Assembly (NCBI GenBank): GCA_964437455.1
Contig: CAYTGG010000004.1
Location: 1-47,454 of the forward strand
Origin: Candidatus Woesearchaeota archaeon
Lineage (GTDB): Archaea; Nanobdellota; Nanobdellia; Pacearchaeales; GW2011-AR1
Direction of reading: 5' to 3'
Length of the DNA stretch: 47,454 bases
Shown: positions 10,039 through 18,283 of the stretch, piece after piece
How the letters are laid out: every line of letters begins with the position of its first letter
Numbering within the stretch: position 1 is the first letter of the stretch
Notes under the pieces: model-generated
The model's database searches: none
The model's input: the letters and a program-made list of their open reading frames with translations, nothing else
Told to the model about the DNA's origin: nothing
Made by a program: the position numbers and the translations under genes

Positions 10039-10881
10039 ATGAATAATTTTATTATTATAGATAAAAAAAACTTTGAAATAAAGAAAAAAGAATTTATTGA
10101 AGGAAGTTCTAAGAAAATTCAAGTTATTTCAGATTTTGATAGAACTTTAACAAAAGCTTTTGTAAATGGAGAAGAGATTCCTTCTGTTATTTCAATACTT
10201 AGAAATTATGATTATCTAAATAAAGAATATTCTGATAAAGCTAAAGCTCTTGCAAATTATTATTTTAAGATTGAGAAGGATTATTCAATACCTTATGAAA
10301 GCAGAAAAAAAGCTATGAAAGAATGGTGGACAAAACATTTTGATTTGCTAATAAAATCAGAATTAAATAAAAGCCATTTAGAAAGAATAGTTAATGAAGG
10401 AAAAATTCATTTTAGAGATAATTTTTTTGAATTTTTGGATCTTCTTCATTATAAAAATATTCCTTTAATTATAATCTCCTCAAATGGAATAGGAGATGTT
10501 ATTCCAATGCTTTTAGAGAAAGATAATAAGCTATATGATAATATTCATATTGTAACTAATTTATATAAATGGAATTCTAAAGGAAAAGCTATTTCTGTTA
10601 AAAAACCATTTATTCATTCGATGAATAAAGATGAAACTTCTATCAAAAAGTTTAAATTTTATGATAATATAAAAAATAGAAAAAATGTTTTATTATTAGG
10701 AGATTCTTTAGATGATTTGAAAATGATTAAAGGATTTGATTATAATTCTTTAATAAGTGTGGGCTTTCTGAATTATAAAACTCAAGAAAATTTAGAGTTA
10801 TATAAAAAGAATTTTGATATATTAATTCCAGATGACGGGAATTTTAAAGAAATTAATAAATTTATTAAAGAAATTAAATAA
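10039..10881 (+). CDS. HAD-family pyrimidine 5'-nucleotidase (cN-III/UMPH-1-like)
   Basis: ISDFDRTLT motif I, MKEWW, FIHSMNK, LLLGDSLDDLKM, VGFLN. Confidence 0.85.
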   Translation: MNNFIIIDKKNFEIKKKEFIEGSSKKIQVISDFDRTLTKAFVNGEEIPSVISILRNYDYLNKEYSDKAKALANYYFKIEKDYSIPYESRKKAMKEWWTKHFDLLIKSELNKSHLERIVNEGKIHFRDNFFEFLDLLHYKNIPLIIISSNGIGDVIPMLLEKDNKLYDNIHIVTNLYKWNSKGKAISVKKPFIHSMNKDETSIKKFKFYDNIKNRKNVLLLGDSLDDLKMIKGFDYNSLISVGFLNYKTQENLELYKKNFDILIPDDGNFKEINKFIKEIK

Positions 10882-10909
10882 TATTTTAATAGTAATAGAT
10901 TATAATAAT

Positions 10910-11752
10910 CTAAGAATTATCTTTTTTTAGATGAATTTTACCTTCTTGCCAATCTTTAAGAATTAAACAAGCTGTTCTTTTTTCATCTACAATATTTCCT
11001 TTTTTAAGAAAATTCTTTATTTTTCCTAATTTTTCTATTAAAATTTCTGAATTTCCTTCTGAATCTATTCCATAAAAATTTTCTAAAATATTTCTGTTAA
11101 GTTTTATAATTTCTGCTACTGCCAATTCAGGATCTTTAATCTGACTGTAAGATTTTCCTCCAATTCTAGCAGATTTTGCCATTAATTTACCTTTAACTGT
11201 TGAATAATCTTTCTTTGGAATAACTCCTGGAGTGTCAATCAAAACTATTTCTCTGTTTAATTTTAATTTTTGTATACTTTTAGTAAAGCCTGCTTGAGAA
11301 GAGATAGCTGCTGAACTTTTTCCTATTAATAAATTAATTAAAGAACTTTTTCCAGTATTAGGATAACCAATAACTCCTACAGTTATTTTCTCCTTTTTTA
11401 TTTTTTTTGAAATTTCTTTTATCTTATTTCTTAATAATCTAGTGCCTTTTCTTAATTTACAGGAGATAACTATACTCGGCTTTAAATTTTTTATATTTTC
11501 CTTTTCTACATTTGTTAAATCAGATTTGTTTAAGACATAAATTATTCTCTTGTTTTGTTTTTTTATTATTTCTTCTATTTCAAAATTTCTGGTCTCATAG
11601 ATAAAACGAGAATCTAAAACTTCGAGAATTATATCAGATTCCTGTATAATTTTTTTTGTAATATCAGGATATTTCTCTTTTTGTTTTTTCATGTTCTCTG
11701 AATCTCTTGCTCTTTTAGTATGTCTTGATGAAAAAGAATATCTCGGCTTCAT
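10910..11752 (-). CDS. Circularly permuted ribosome biogenesis GTPase (RbgA/YlqF-like)
   Basis: NKSD (G4) precedes GYPNTGKSS (G1) and DTPG (G3). Confidence 0.92.
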   Translation of the reverse strand: MKPRYSFSSRHTKRARDSENMKKQKEKYPDITKKIIQESDIILEVLDSRFIYETRNFEIEEIIKKQNKRIIYVLNKSDLTNVEKENIKNLKPSIVISCKLRKGTRLLRNKIKEISKKIKKEKITVGVIGYPNTGKSSLINLLIGKSSAAISSQAGFTKSIQKLKLNREIVLIDTPGVIPKKDYSTVKGKLMAKSARIGGKSYSQIKDPELAVAEIIKLNRNILENFYGIDSEGNSEILIEKLGKIKNFLKKGNIVDEKRTACLILKDWQEGKIHLKKDNS

Positions 11753-11840
11753 AAGATAATTAGTAAAATGAGGTTTATGAATTTAACTTATAGATAAGAG
11801 TCTTAGAAAGTTTTTTATATAGAAATAATATATCTTACTG

Positions 11841-12995
11841 ATGAAAAATAAAATTCTTGAATTACATAAAAGAGGAAAAATTTCTATAAAAAATAAAGTT
11901 TCTGTTAGAAATAAAAATGATTTGTCACTTATTTATACTCCAGGAGTTGCTGAAGTCTGCAAAGAAATAGAAAAAGATAAGGAAAAAGTCTATGATTATA
12001 CTTCTAAAGGAAATATGGTTGCTATAGTTACTGATGGAACTGCTGTCTTAGGATTAGGAGATATAGGGCCTGAGGCTGCTATTCCAGTAATGGAAGGAAA
12101 AGCTAATTTATTCAAGAAATTTGCAAATATTGATGCTATTCCAATATGTTTAAATGAAAAAGATACAGATAAAATTGTTGATATAGTTAAGGCTATTGAA
12201 CCTTTTTTTGGAGGAATTAATCTTGAGGACATATCTGCTCCAAGATGCTTTGAGATAGAAGAAAGATTAAAGAAAATTATGAATATTCCTGTTTTTCATG
12301 ACGATCAGCATGGAACAGCAATTGTGGTTTTAGCAGGATTAATTAATTCTTTGAAGTTAGTAAATAAAAACATAGAAGATTCTAAAGTAATTATTAATGG
12401 TGCTGGTGCTGCTGGAACAGCTATAACAAAATTGCTTTTTACTTACGGATTTAAAAATATTATTGTTTGTGATAGCAAAGGAGTAATCTCTAAAGATAGA
12501 GAATTAAACAAATCTAAAAAAGAAATATGCTCTTTTACAAACAAAAACAATGAAAAAGGAAATTTAAAAGATATAATAAAAAATGCAGATGTTTTTGTTG
12601 GAGTCTCTAAAGGAAATGTATTGACAAAAGAAATGATTAAGTCTATGAATAAAGAACCTATTGTTTTTGCTCTTGCAAATCCTGTTCCTGAAATAGAACC
12701 TGAAGAGGCTAAGAAAGCAGGAGCAAGAATTATTGCAACAGGAAGAAGCGATTTTCCAAATCAGGTTAATAATGCTCTTATTTTTCCAGGACTTTTTAGA
12801 GGGATTTTAGATTCTAGAGCTAAAGAGATCAATGAAAAAATGAAACTTGCTGCAGCTATAGCATTAAAGAATATTGTAGGAGATAAACTTAAAGAGAATT
12901 ATATTCTTCCAGATATTTTTGATAAAGAGATAACTAAAAAAATCTCAAAAGCAGTTTATAATAAAGCAATTGAAACAGGAGTTGCTAGAATTTAG
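11841..12995 (+). CDS. NAD(P)-dependent malic enzyme
   Basis: YTPGVA, TDGTAVLGLGDIG, NLEDISAP, FHDDQHGTA, GAGAAG, TGRSDFPNQVNN. Confidence 0.95.
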   Translation: MKNKILELHKRGKISIKNKVSVRNKNDLSLIYTPGVAEVCKEIEKDKEKVYDYTSKGNMVAIVTDGTAVLGLGDIGPEAAIPVMEGKANLFKKFANIDAIPICLNEKDTDKIVDIVKAIEPFFGGINLEDISAPRCFEIEERLKKIMNIPVFHDDQHGTAIVVLAGLINSLKLVNKNIEDSKVIINGAGAAGTAITKLLFTYGFKNIIVCDSKGVISKDRELNKSKKEICSFTNKNNEKGNLKDIIKNADVFVGVSKGNVLTKEMIKSMNKEPIVFALANPVPEIEPEEAKKAGARIIATGRSDFPNQVNNALIFPGLFRGILDSRAKEINEKMKLAAAIALKNIVGDKLKENYILPDIFDKEITKKISKAVYNKAIETGVARI

Positions 12996-13008
12996 TGAAT
13001 TGAATTAA

Positions 13009-13362
13009 TTAAACTTCTTTTTTAAGATTAGATTTAATTTTTAGCATTTGAGATTTTAATTCTGGAAGTTCAATTTTTATAATTTCCCAAATAATTTCTA
13101 AATCAATACCAAAATAATGATGAACCATTTTATCTCTTGCTTCAGAAATCTCTTTCCATTGAACTTCTTTATATTTCTCTTTAATTGGTTTTGATATATT
13201 CTTTACAGCTTCTCCTATAATCTCAAGTTCCCTTATTATTGCACTTTGTCTTAAGCGATTTTTGAGTAAATCATTTTTTGTCATCTTTTTACTAAACTTT
13301 TCTATTGCTTTAATACTCTCAAGAATATGTTCTATAAATACAAAATCATTTTTTTGATTCAT
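13009..13362 (-). CDS. HEPN (DUF86/HepT) toxin
   Basis: LEIIGEAVK, RDKMVHHY (Rx4HxY); 4-nt overlap with the upstream MNT gene. Confidence 0.92.
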   Translation of the reverse strand: MNQKNDFVFIEHILESIKAIEKFSKKMTKNDLLKNRLRQSAIIRELEIIGEAVKNISKPIKEKYKEVQWKEISEARDKMVHHYFGIDLEIIWEIIKIELPELKSQMLKIKSNLKKEV

Positions 13363-13817
13363 ATTATTCTAATCTCCTGACTAAGTATTTTATCTTTTAA
13401 TAAGCGGTTTATTCCCTTGTAAGTAATGAGATCTACTTTCTTGCCAAGTTTATTCTCTAATTCTGTAGAAATTCTAAAAAATCTAAATCCTATTCCTTTT
13501 GGAGGTTCAATTATAATATCTATGTCGCTTGATTTTTTCTGTTCACCTCTAGAATAACTTCCAAATATTCCTGCCTTTGTAACATGATTCTTTTTTAATA
13601 TCTCAATAATTTTCGGTTTAATTTTACTAATAGATTTCTCAATTTTATTTTTTAATAATTTCCTATCTGCTTTTTGCTCTTCATTAATTAATTCTTCTTT
13701 AGAAAGATTACATCCCAGATAAATTCTTTCTTTTCTAAATTTTTTCCCTTCTCGAATACTTCTTACTCTATAAAAATATTTTTTGTGATTTCTTTCTTTT
13801 ATTTCTGTATAAACCAT
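13359..13817 (-). CDS. Minimal nucleotidyltransferase (MntA) antitoxin with N-terminal extension
   Basis: IFGSYSRGEQKKSSDIDIII (GSx10DxD), LGKKVDLIT; ~55-aa extra N-terminal region. Confidence 0.9.
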   Translation of the reverse strand: MVYTEIKERNHKKYFYRVRSIREGKKFRKERIYLGCNLSKEELINEEQKADRKLLKNKIEKSISKIKPKIIEILKKNHVTKAGIFGSYSRGEQKKSSDIDIIIEPPKGIGFRFFRISTELENKLGKKVDLITYKGINRLLKDKILSQEIRII

Positions 13818-13821
13818 AATA

Positions 13822-13837
13822 TATGTACGGGCACATA
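13822..13837. promoter_or_regulatory. Imperfect palindrome, candidate operator of the MNT-HEPN operon
   Basis: TATGT-ACGGGC-ACATA between the minus-strand TATA box (TTTATATA) and the start codon at 13817. Confidence 0.4.
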
Positions 13838-13982
13838 ATATATAAACTTTTCTATGTGGAAATTCAGACTAGAATAAAATAATTCCTTATTTAATTATTT
13901 GTAAGCTAATTTCTTATTATTCTACTTTTATTTTTTTATATTCTAGAATTTATGTTTTTTTCAATATTTCCAGAAAAATATA

Positions 13983-14055
13983 CGCCCCCACCGAGATTCG
14001 AACTCGGGTCACAGCCTTGAAAGGGCTGCATTCTTGGCCTCTGAACTATGGGGGC
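13983..14055 (-). tRNA. tRNA-Glu(TTC)
   Basis: GCCCCCA acceptor stem, CAGCC-CT-TTC-AA-GGCTG anticodon arm, GTTCGAATC T-loop; CCA not encoded. Confidence 0.97.
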
Positions 14056-14130
14056 TTAGAATTGTTCTTTAATAGACTCTAGAAATAACTATTGAAAATA
14101 GTTTTTAAAGATAACTGGTTAAGAATTTAT

Positions 14131-14319
14131 TTATTTTCTTGATGGAATTATTATCCAAGCGACTATATAACCAAGAACTCCTGCACCCCATAAAAGACTT
14201 CCAAGAGCCCAGAGAAGTCTTATGATTGTAGGATCTGTATTAGTATATTCTGCTATTCCTCCACAAACTCCTCCAATTATTCTATTTTTATTGCTTCTGT
14301 ATAGTTTTGTTTTTGACAT
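14131..14319 (-). CDS. PspC domain protein
   Basis: LYRSNKNRIIGGVCGGIAEY...DPTIIRL...YIVAWIIIP. Confidence 0.92.
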   Translation of the reverse strand: MSKTKLYRSNKNRIIGGVCGGIAEYTNTDPTIIRLLWALGSLLWGAGVLGYIVAWIIIPSRK

Positions 14320-14373
14320 TTTTCATATCTCTTTTTTTGTATTTTTTAATGGATTCATTTTTGTGCTTTAAAA

Positions 14374-14495
14374 TGAGCCTGCTCGGATTTGAACCGAGGA
14401 CCCCCAGCTTTCTTAGACGAATCTAAGTAGCAATAATCCTAAAAGGATTATCGTCGTATAAGACTGGTGCTCTAACCAGGCTGAGCTACAGGCTC
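14374..14495 (-). tRNA. tRNA-Ile(TAT) with 47-nt intron at 37/38 (intron 14410-14456)
   Basis: GAGCCTG acceptor stem; CCAGT-CT-TAT-A[intron]A-GCTGG; BHB formed by the CTTA/TAAG helix, TAC and AAA bulges, and the GACGA/TCGTC helix. Confidence 0.93.
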
Positions 14496-14541
14496 ATTAT
14501 CTTCGCCTTCGCTACTGCTTCATCTTCTCACGAATCTGAAT

Positions 14542-14563
14542 CAGAGTTACAGGCTCATCATCT
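14542..14563 (-). repeat. Imperfect copy of the tRNA-Ile 5' end
   Basis: cagagttacaggctcatcatct vs ctgagctacaggctcattatct (14481-14502), 19/22 identical. Confidence 0.7.
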
Positions 14564-14650
14564 TTTTCTTAATTATTCTGAATATTTAAAATTTGCTTTT
14601 ATTATAATTATTATAATTAATCTTAAATAATCTTTATTCTTGTTTAAATT

Positions 14651-15844
14651 ATGTTAGTTGGACTTGTTGGAAAACCTTCGGTAGGAAAAAGCACATTTTT
14701 TAAAGCAGCGACTCTCGCAGAAGTTCCTATAGCAGATTATCCATTTACAACTATAAAAGCTAATCATGGTGTAGGTTATGTTAAAGTGGAATGTATAGAT
14801 AAAGAGTTTAATACTCAATGTAATCCTAATCACGGATTTTGTATAAATCATCAAAGATTTGTTCCAGTTGATATTATGGATGTTGCGGGATTAGTTCCTG
14901 GAGCTTCAGAAGGAAAAGGTCTTGGAAATCAGTTTTTAGATGAATTAAGACAAGCAGATGTTTTTGTTCATATAGTTGATTCATCTGGAGATTTAAATGA
15001 GGAGGGAAAACCAATTCAGAAAAATGAAGAATATGATGTTTCAAGAGATATAGAATTTCTAGAAGATGAATTAAACAAATGGTTTTATAATATTTTAATG
15101 AAAGTCTGGAAAAGTTTTTTAAAACAGATTAAAATAAAAGATATTAAATTCTCAGATGCTGTTGCAAATCAATTTTCTGGTTTAAAAGTCAAAGAAGAAG
15201 ATGTTAAAGATGTTTTGAGAGAATTGAATCTTCCTGAAAAGCCAACTTCTTGGAGTGATAATCAAATTTTTGAATTTGCTTCAGAATTAAGAAAGAAAAG
15301 CAAACCTATGATTATTGCTGCTAATAAAGTAGATAAGAAAAAAGGAAAAGAAAATTATGAAAAATTAAAAAAGAATTTTCCAAATCTGAATATTATTCCA
15401 TGCTCAGCAGATTCTGAATTAGCTTTAAGAGAAGCTACGAAATTAGGACTAATAGAATATATACCTGGTGAAAGAAATTTTGAAATTGTAGGAGAATTAA
15501 ATGAGAAGCAGAAAATAGCACTTAATAGAATAAAAGAGGATGTTTTAAATAAGTTTGAATTTGGAACAGGAGTTCAAGAAGTTTTAAATAAGGCTGTATT
15601 TGAAATTTTAGGTTATTTAGCAATATTTCCAGCTTCTGCAAATAAATTAGCTGACAGCAAGGGAAATATACTTCCAGATTGTTTTTTAATGCCTAAGAAT
15701 TCAACAGCCTTAGATTTTGCATATTATCTTCATACTGATTTTGGAAATAATTTTATTAAAGCAATAGATGCCAGAACAAAAAAGGCTCTGAGCAAAAATT
15801 ATCAACTTAAACATAGAGATGCTCTTGAAATAATAACAAAATAA
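14651..15844 (+). CDS. ychF: YchF/Ola1-family redox-regulated ATPase (archaeal type)
   Basis: GKPSVGKSTFF, YPFTTI, DVAGLVPGA, GLGNQFL, ANKVD; C-terminal TGS domain. Confidence 0.93.
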   Translation: MLVGLVGKPSVGKSTFFKAATLAEVPIADYPFTTIKANHGVGYVKVECIDKEFNTQCNPNHGFCINHQRFVPVDIMDVAGLVPGASEGKGLGNQFLDELRQADVFVHIVDSSGDLNEEGKPIQKNEEYDVSRDIEFLEDELNKWFYNILMKVWKSFLKQIKIKDIKFSDAVANQFSGLKVKEEDVKDVLRELNLPEKPTSWSDNQIFEFASELRKKSKPMIIAANKVDKKKGKENYEKLKKNFPNLNIIPCSADSELALREATKLGLIEYIPGERNFEIVGELNEKQKIALNRIKEDVLNKFEFGTGVQEVLNKAVFEILGYLAIFPASANKLADSKGNILPDCFLMPKNSTALDFAYYLHTDFGNNFIKAIDARTKKALSKNYQLKHRDALEIITK

Positions 15845-15892
15845 AATTCTTTTTCTGATAGAATTTATAAATTCTAAATCTTTCTTAATTCT

Positions 15893-16357
15893 ATGAATAG
15901 AAGTGTTCGTGTTAATTCTCTTGCAAATAGAATGATAAAGATTTTAAAACCCTACTGTAATAAAATTAAAATTGTTGGTTCAATAAGAAGAAGAGATAAA
16001 AATCCTAAAGATATTGATATAGTTCTTATTCCTAAAAATAGAATTAATTTAGAGGAATTTATGAAAATCCAAGGTAAATATCTGCAAGGAGGAGAGAAAG
16101 AATCAACTTGGAAAGTCAATGGAATTAAAGTAGAACTTTATTATTCTAAATCTGAAGAGTGGGGAGCTATGCTTCTGGCATATTCTGGAAAAAAGGGGTC
16201 TAATATTGGATTGAGAATAATAGCAAGAACAAAAGGATTTAAATTGACCAGATATGGTTTGTTTAATAGAAAAAGCGGAAAAAGAATAGCAGGTAAAACA
16301 GAGAGAGAAATCTATGAAGCTCTTAAAAGAAAATATAAATCTCCTTCTGAAAGATGA
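15893..16357 (+). CDS. Minimal family X DNA polymerase-like protein (palm + thumb only)
   Basis: VGSIRR...KDIDIV, LLAYSG..SNIGLR..ARTKGFKLTRYGLF, EREIYEAL..YKSPSER. Confidence 0.85.
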   Translation: MNRSVRVNSLANRMIKILKPYCNKIKIVGSIRRRDKNPKDIDIVLIPKNRINLEEFMKIQGKYLQGGEKESTWKVNGIKVELYYSKSEEWGAMLLAYSGKKGSNIGLRIIARTKGFKLTRYGLFNRKSGKRIAGKTEREIYEALKRKYKSPSER

Positions 16358-16566
16358 AAATAAAAATAAAAGTACATCCACAATCTTCTAGAAATGAAAT
16401 AAAAAAGATAGAAGAAAAAAGCTATGAAATCTGGATTCAAGAGAAATCAGTGAATAATAAAGCTAATTTGGCTATAACAAAATTATTGAAAAATTATTTT
16501 AAAAAAGAAGTGAGAATTACTTCTGGATTTAAATCAAGAAATAAAATTGTTGAAATTGAAGATTAG
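16354..16566 (+). CDS. DUF167/UPF0235 (YggU-like) protein
   Basis: IKVHPQSSRNEI...NNKAN...ITSGFKSRNKIVEI. Confidence 0.85.
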   Translation: MKIKIKVHPQSSRNEIKKIEEKSYEIWIQEKSVNNKANLAITKLLKNYFKKEVRITSGFKSRNKIVEIED

Positions 16567-16576
16567 TTTATAAAAA

Positions 16577-17101
16577 TTATTCTTGTTGAGAACCATGTCC
16601 AGGACATAAAATTTCATATTTTATCTTATCTAATTTCTCTATTGATTTTTTTAGTTCTTTTTCTGAACTTCCTGGTAAATCAGTTCTTCCAACAGTTCTT
16701 CTATGAAAAAGAGTATCTCCTGAGAATAATATGTTTTCATATAGTATGCAGATTCCTCCTTTTGAATGTCCTGGAGTTTCTATTATTTTTAATTCAGGAA
16801 TATCTAATTTTTTTATATCTTTTAGATTTTCTCCAAAATCTTTTTTACTTCCATAAATTTCAGATTTTAGGAAGAGGATTATTCCTCCAGTATGGTCCCA
16901 GTGATTATGTGTTAGAATTACAATATCTATATCTTTTGGAGATAGATTCAATTCTTTCAAATCTTTTTTTAATTCTTCAATAACCAAAGGAGAACCTGCA
17001 TCAATTAATATATTCTTATCTTTAAGTTTTACAAGATAAACATATGAACTAAATTTCTCAAAAGAGAATCTCCAAACATTATCTTTTATTTTTTTTATCA
17101 T
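16577..17101 (-). CDS. MBL-fold metallo-hydrolase (glyoxalase II-like)
   Basis: LTHNHWDHTGG, TPGHSKG, FSGDTLF, PGHG. Confidence 0.92.
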   Translation of the reverse strand: MIKKIKDNVWRFSFEKFSSYVYLVKLKDKNILIDAGSPLVIEELKKDLKELNLSPKDIDIVILTHNHWDHTGGIILFLKSEIYGSKKDFGENLKDIKKLDIPELKIIETPGHSKGGICILYENILFSGDTLFHRRTVGRTDLPGSSEKELKKSIEKLDKIKYEILCPGHGSQQE

Positions 17102-17195
17102 AGCTTATCCAAATTTTTTTTATTTAAGAATTTTACTCTAAAGAGATATTGAAAAAGTAGAGCAAATTTATAAACAATTAAATTTATTTTATTTT

Positions 17196-17597
17196 ATGAG
17201 ATATGACTTTGCTCCAGATATTCAAGAGGAAGTGGAAGAAATATGTGCTTTTTTGTTTCCTCATATAATTATTGAAAGAGTTAAATGTTTTAGAAGTTAC
17301 GGAACTTCTACTAAAAGAACTATTGCAAGATGCTATGCTCTAGGAAAAATAATGCAGAAAGCTATTGGAATAAAAGCATTTTATGCACTTGAATTTTTAT
17401 CTGAAAAATTTGAGAAACTTTCTGAAGAGGAAAAAACAAAAACAATTATTCATGAATTAATGCATATACCTAAAACTTTTGGAGGAGGTTTTAGACATCA
17501 TGATTATGTAAACGAGAAAAATGTGAATTTAATGTATCAAACTTATAGAGCTAAAAAAGAAGAATTAAATAATTCTAGGAGATTTAAATGGAAATAA
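17196..17597 (+). CDS. Putative metallopeptidase
   Basis: TIIHELMHIPKTFGGGFRHH (HExxH). Confidence 0.8.
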   Translation: MRYDFAPDIQEEVEEICAFLFPHIIIERVKCFRSYGTSTKRTIARCYALGKIMQKAIGIKAFYALEFLSEKFEKLSEEEKTKTIIHELMHIPKTFGGGFRHHDYVNEKNVNLMYQTYRAKKEELNNSRRFKWK

Positions 17598-17950
17598 TTC
17601 TAAGAAATGAAAATAAAAAAATAAACTTTAATGTTAAAAAATGCGGAAGAATTAAAATGTTTTTAGGATTAATGTTTTCCCGTAGAGAAAAAGCTAAATC
17701 ACTTCTTTTTGAATTTAAGAAACCTACCAATATTAAACTACATTCTTTTTTTGTATTTTTTCCTTTTTTAGTCTTATGGTTAGATAAAGACAACAAAATA
17801 ATAAAGATGAAAAAAGTGAAACCTTTTAGATTATCTGTAAGAATTTCTGAGAAATTCTCTAAAATAATTGAGATACCTTTTAATAAGAGATATAAAAATG
17901 TAATAAAAAATATCAAATCTCCGTCGGTAGAAAGATTTAAATACTTATGA
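17588..17950 (+). CDS. DUF192 (UPF0127) protein
   Basis: GLMFSR, LHSFFVFFPFLVLWLD, IIEIP. Confidence 0.8.
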   Translation: MEIILRNENKKINFNVKKCGRIKMFLGLMFSRREKAKSLLFEFKKPTNIKLHSFFVFFPFLVLWLDKDNKIIKMKKVKPFRLSVRISEKFSKIIEIPFNKRYKNVIKNIKSPSVERFKYL

Positions 17951-17975
17951 ACTTTTTTAATTAAATAAATTTAAA

Positions 17976-17982
17976 AGGAGGT
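17976..17982 (+). promoter_or_regulatory. Shine-Dalgarno site
   Basis: AGGAGGT 3 nt before ATG 17986. Confidence 0.75.
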
Positions 17983-17985
17983 AAA

Positions 17986-18165
17986 ATGGGAAAAGTTATT
18001 GTAAAAAATGTTGTTAATAGAAAACATGGTTATCTTTACTATATAGATGGTAAGGGAAATGTTTGTGAAGCAAAGATGGCTAGAGGCGGCAAAAAGAAAA
18101 AGAAAGCTGTAAAGAAGAAAACAACAAAAAAGAAGCCAGTTAAAAAAGTTAAAAAGAGGAAATAG
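17986..18165 (+). CDS. Small basic CC1-like chromatin protein with Lys-rich tail (59 aa, not in ORF track)
   Basis: RKHGYLYYIDGKGNVCEAKMARGG followed by KKKKKAVKKKTTKKKPVKKVKKRK; strong SD and own TATA box. Confidence 0.8.
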   Translation: MGKVIVKNVVNRKHGYLYYIDGKGNVCEAKMARGGKKKKKAVKKKTTKKKPVKKVKKRK

Positions 18166-18283
18166 ATAATTTCTTTTTTTATTTTATTTTTATTTAATTC
18201 TAATATTTCTTAGATTTCTAATTTGATTTTTTAGATTGATTAATCTTTTAAAGTATTTTACTTATTTAATTAAGAAAATAAAA

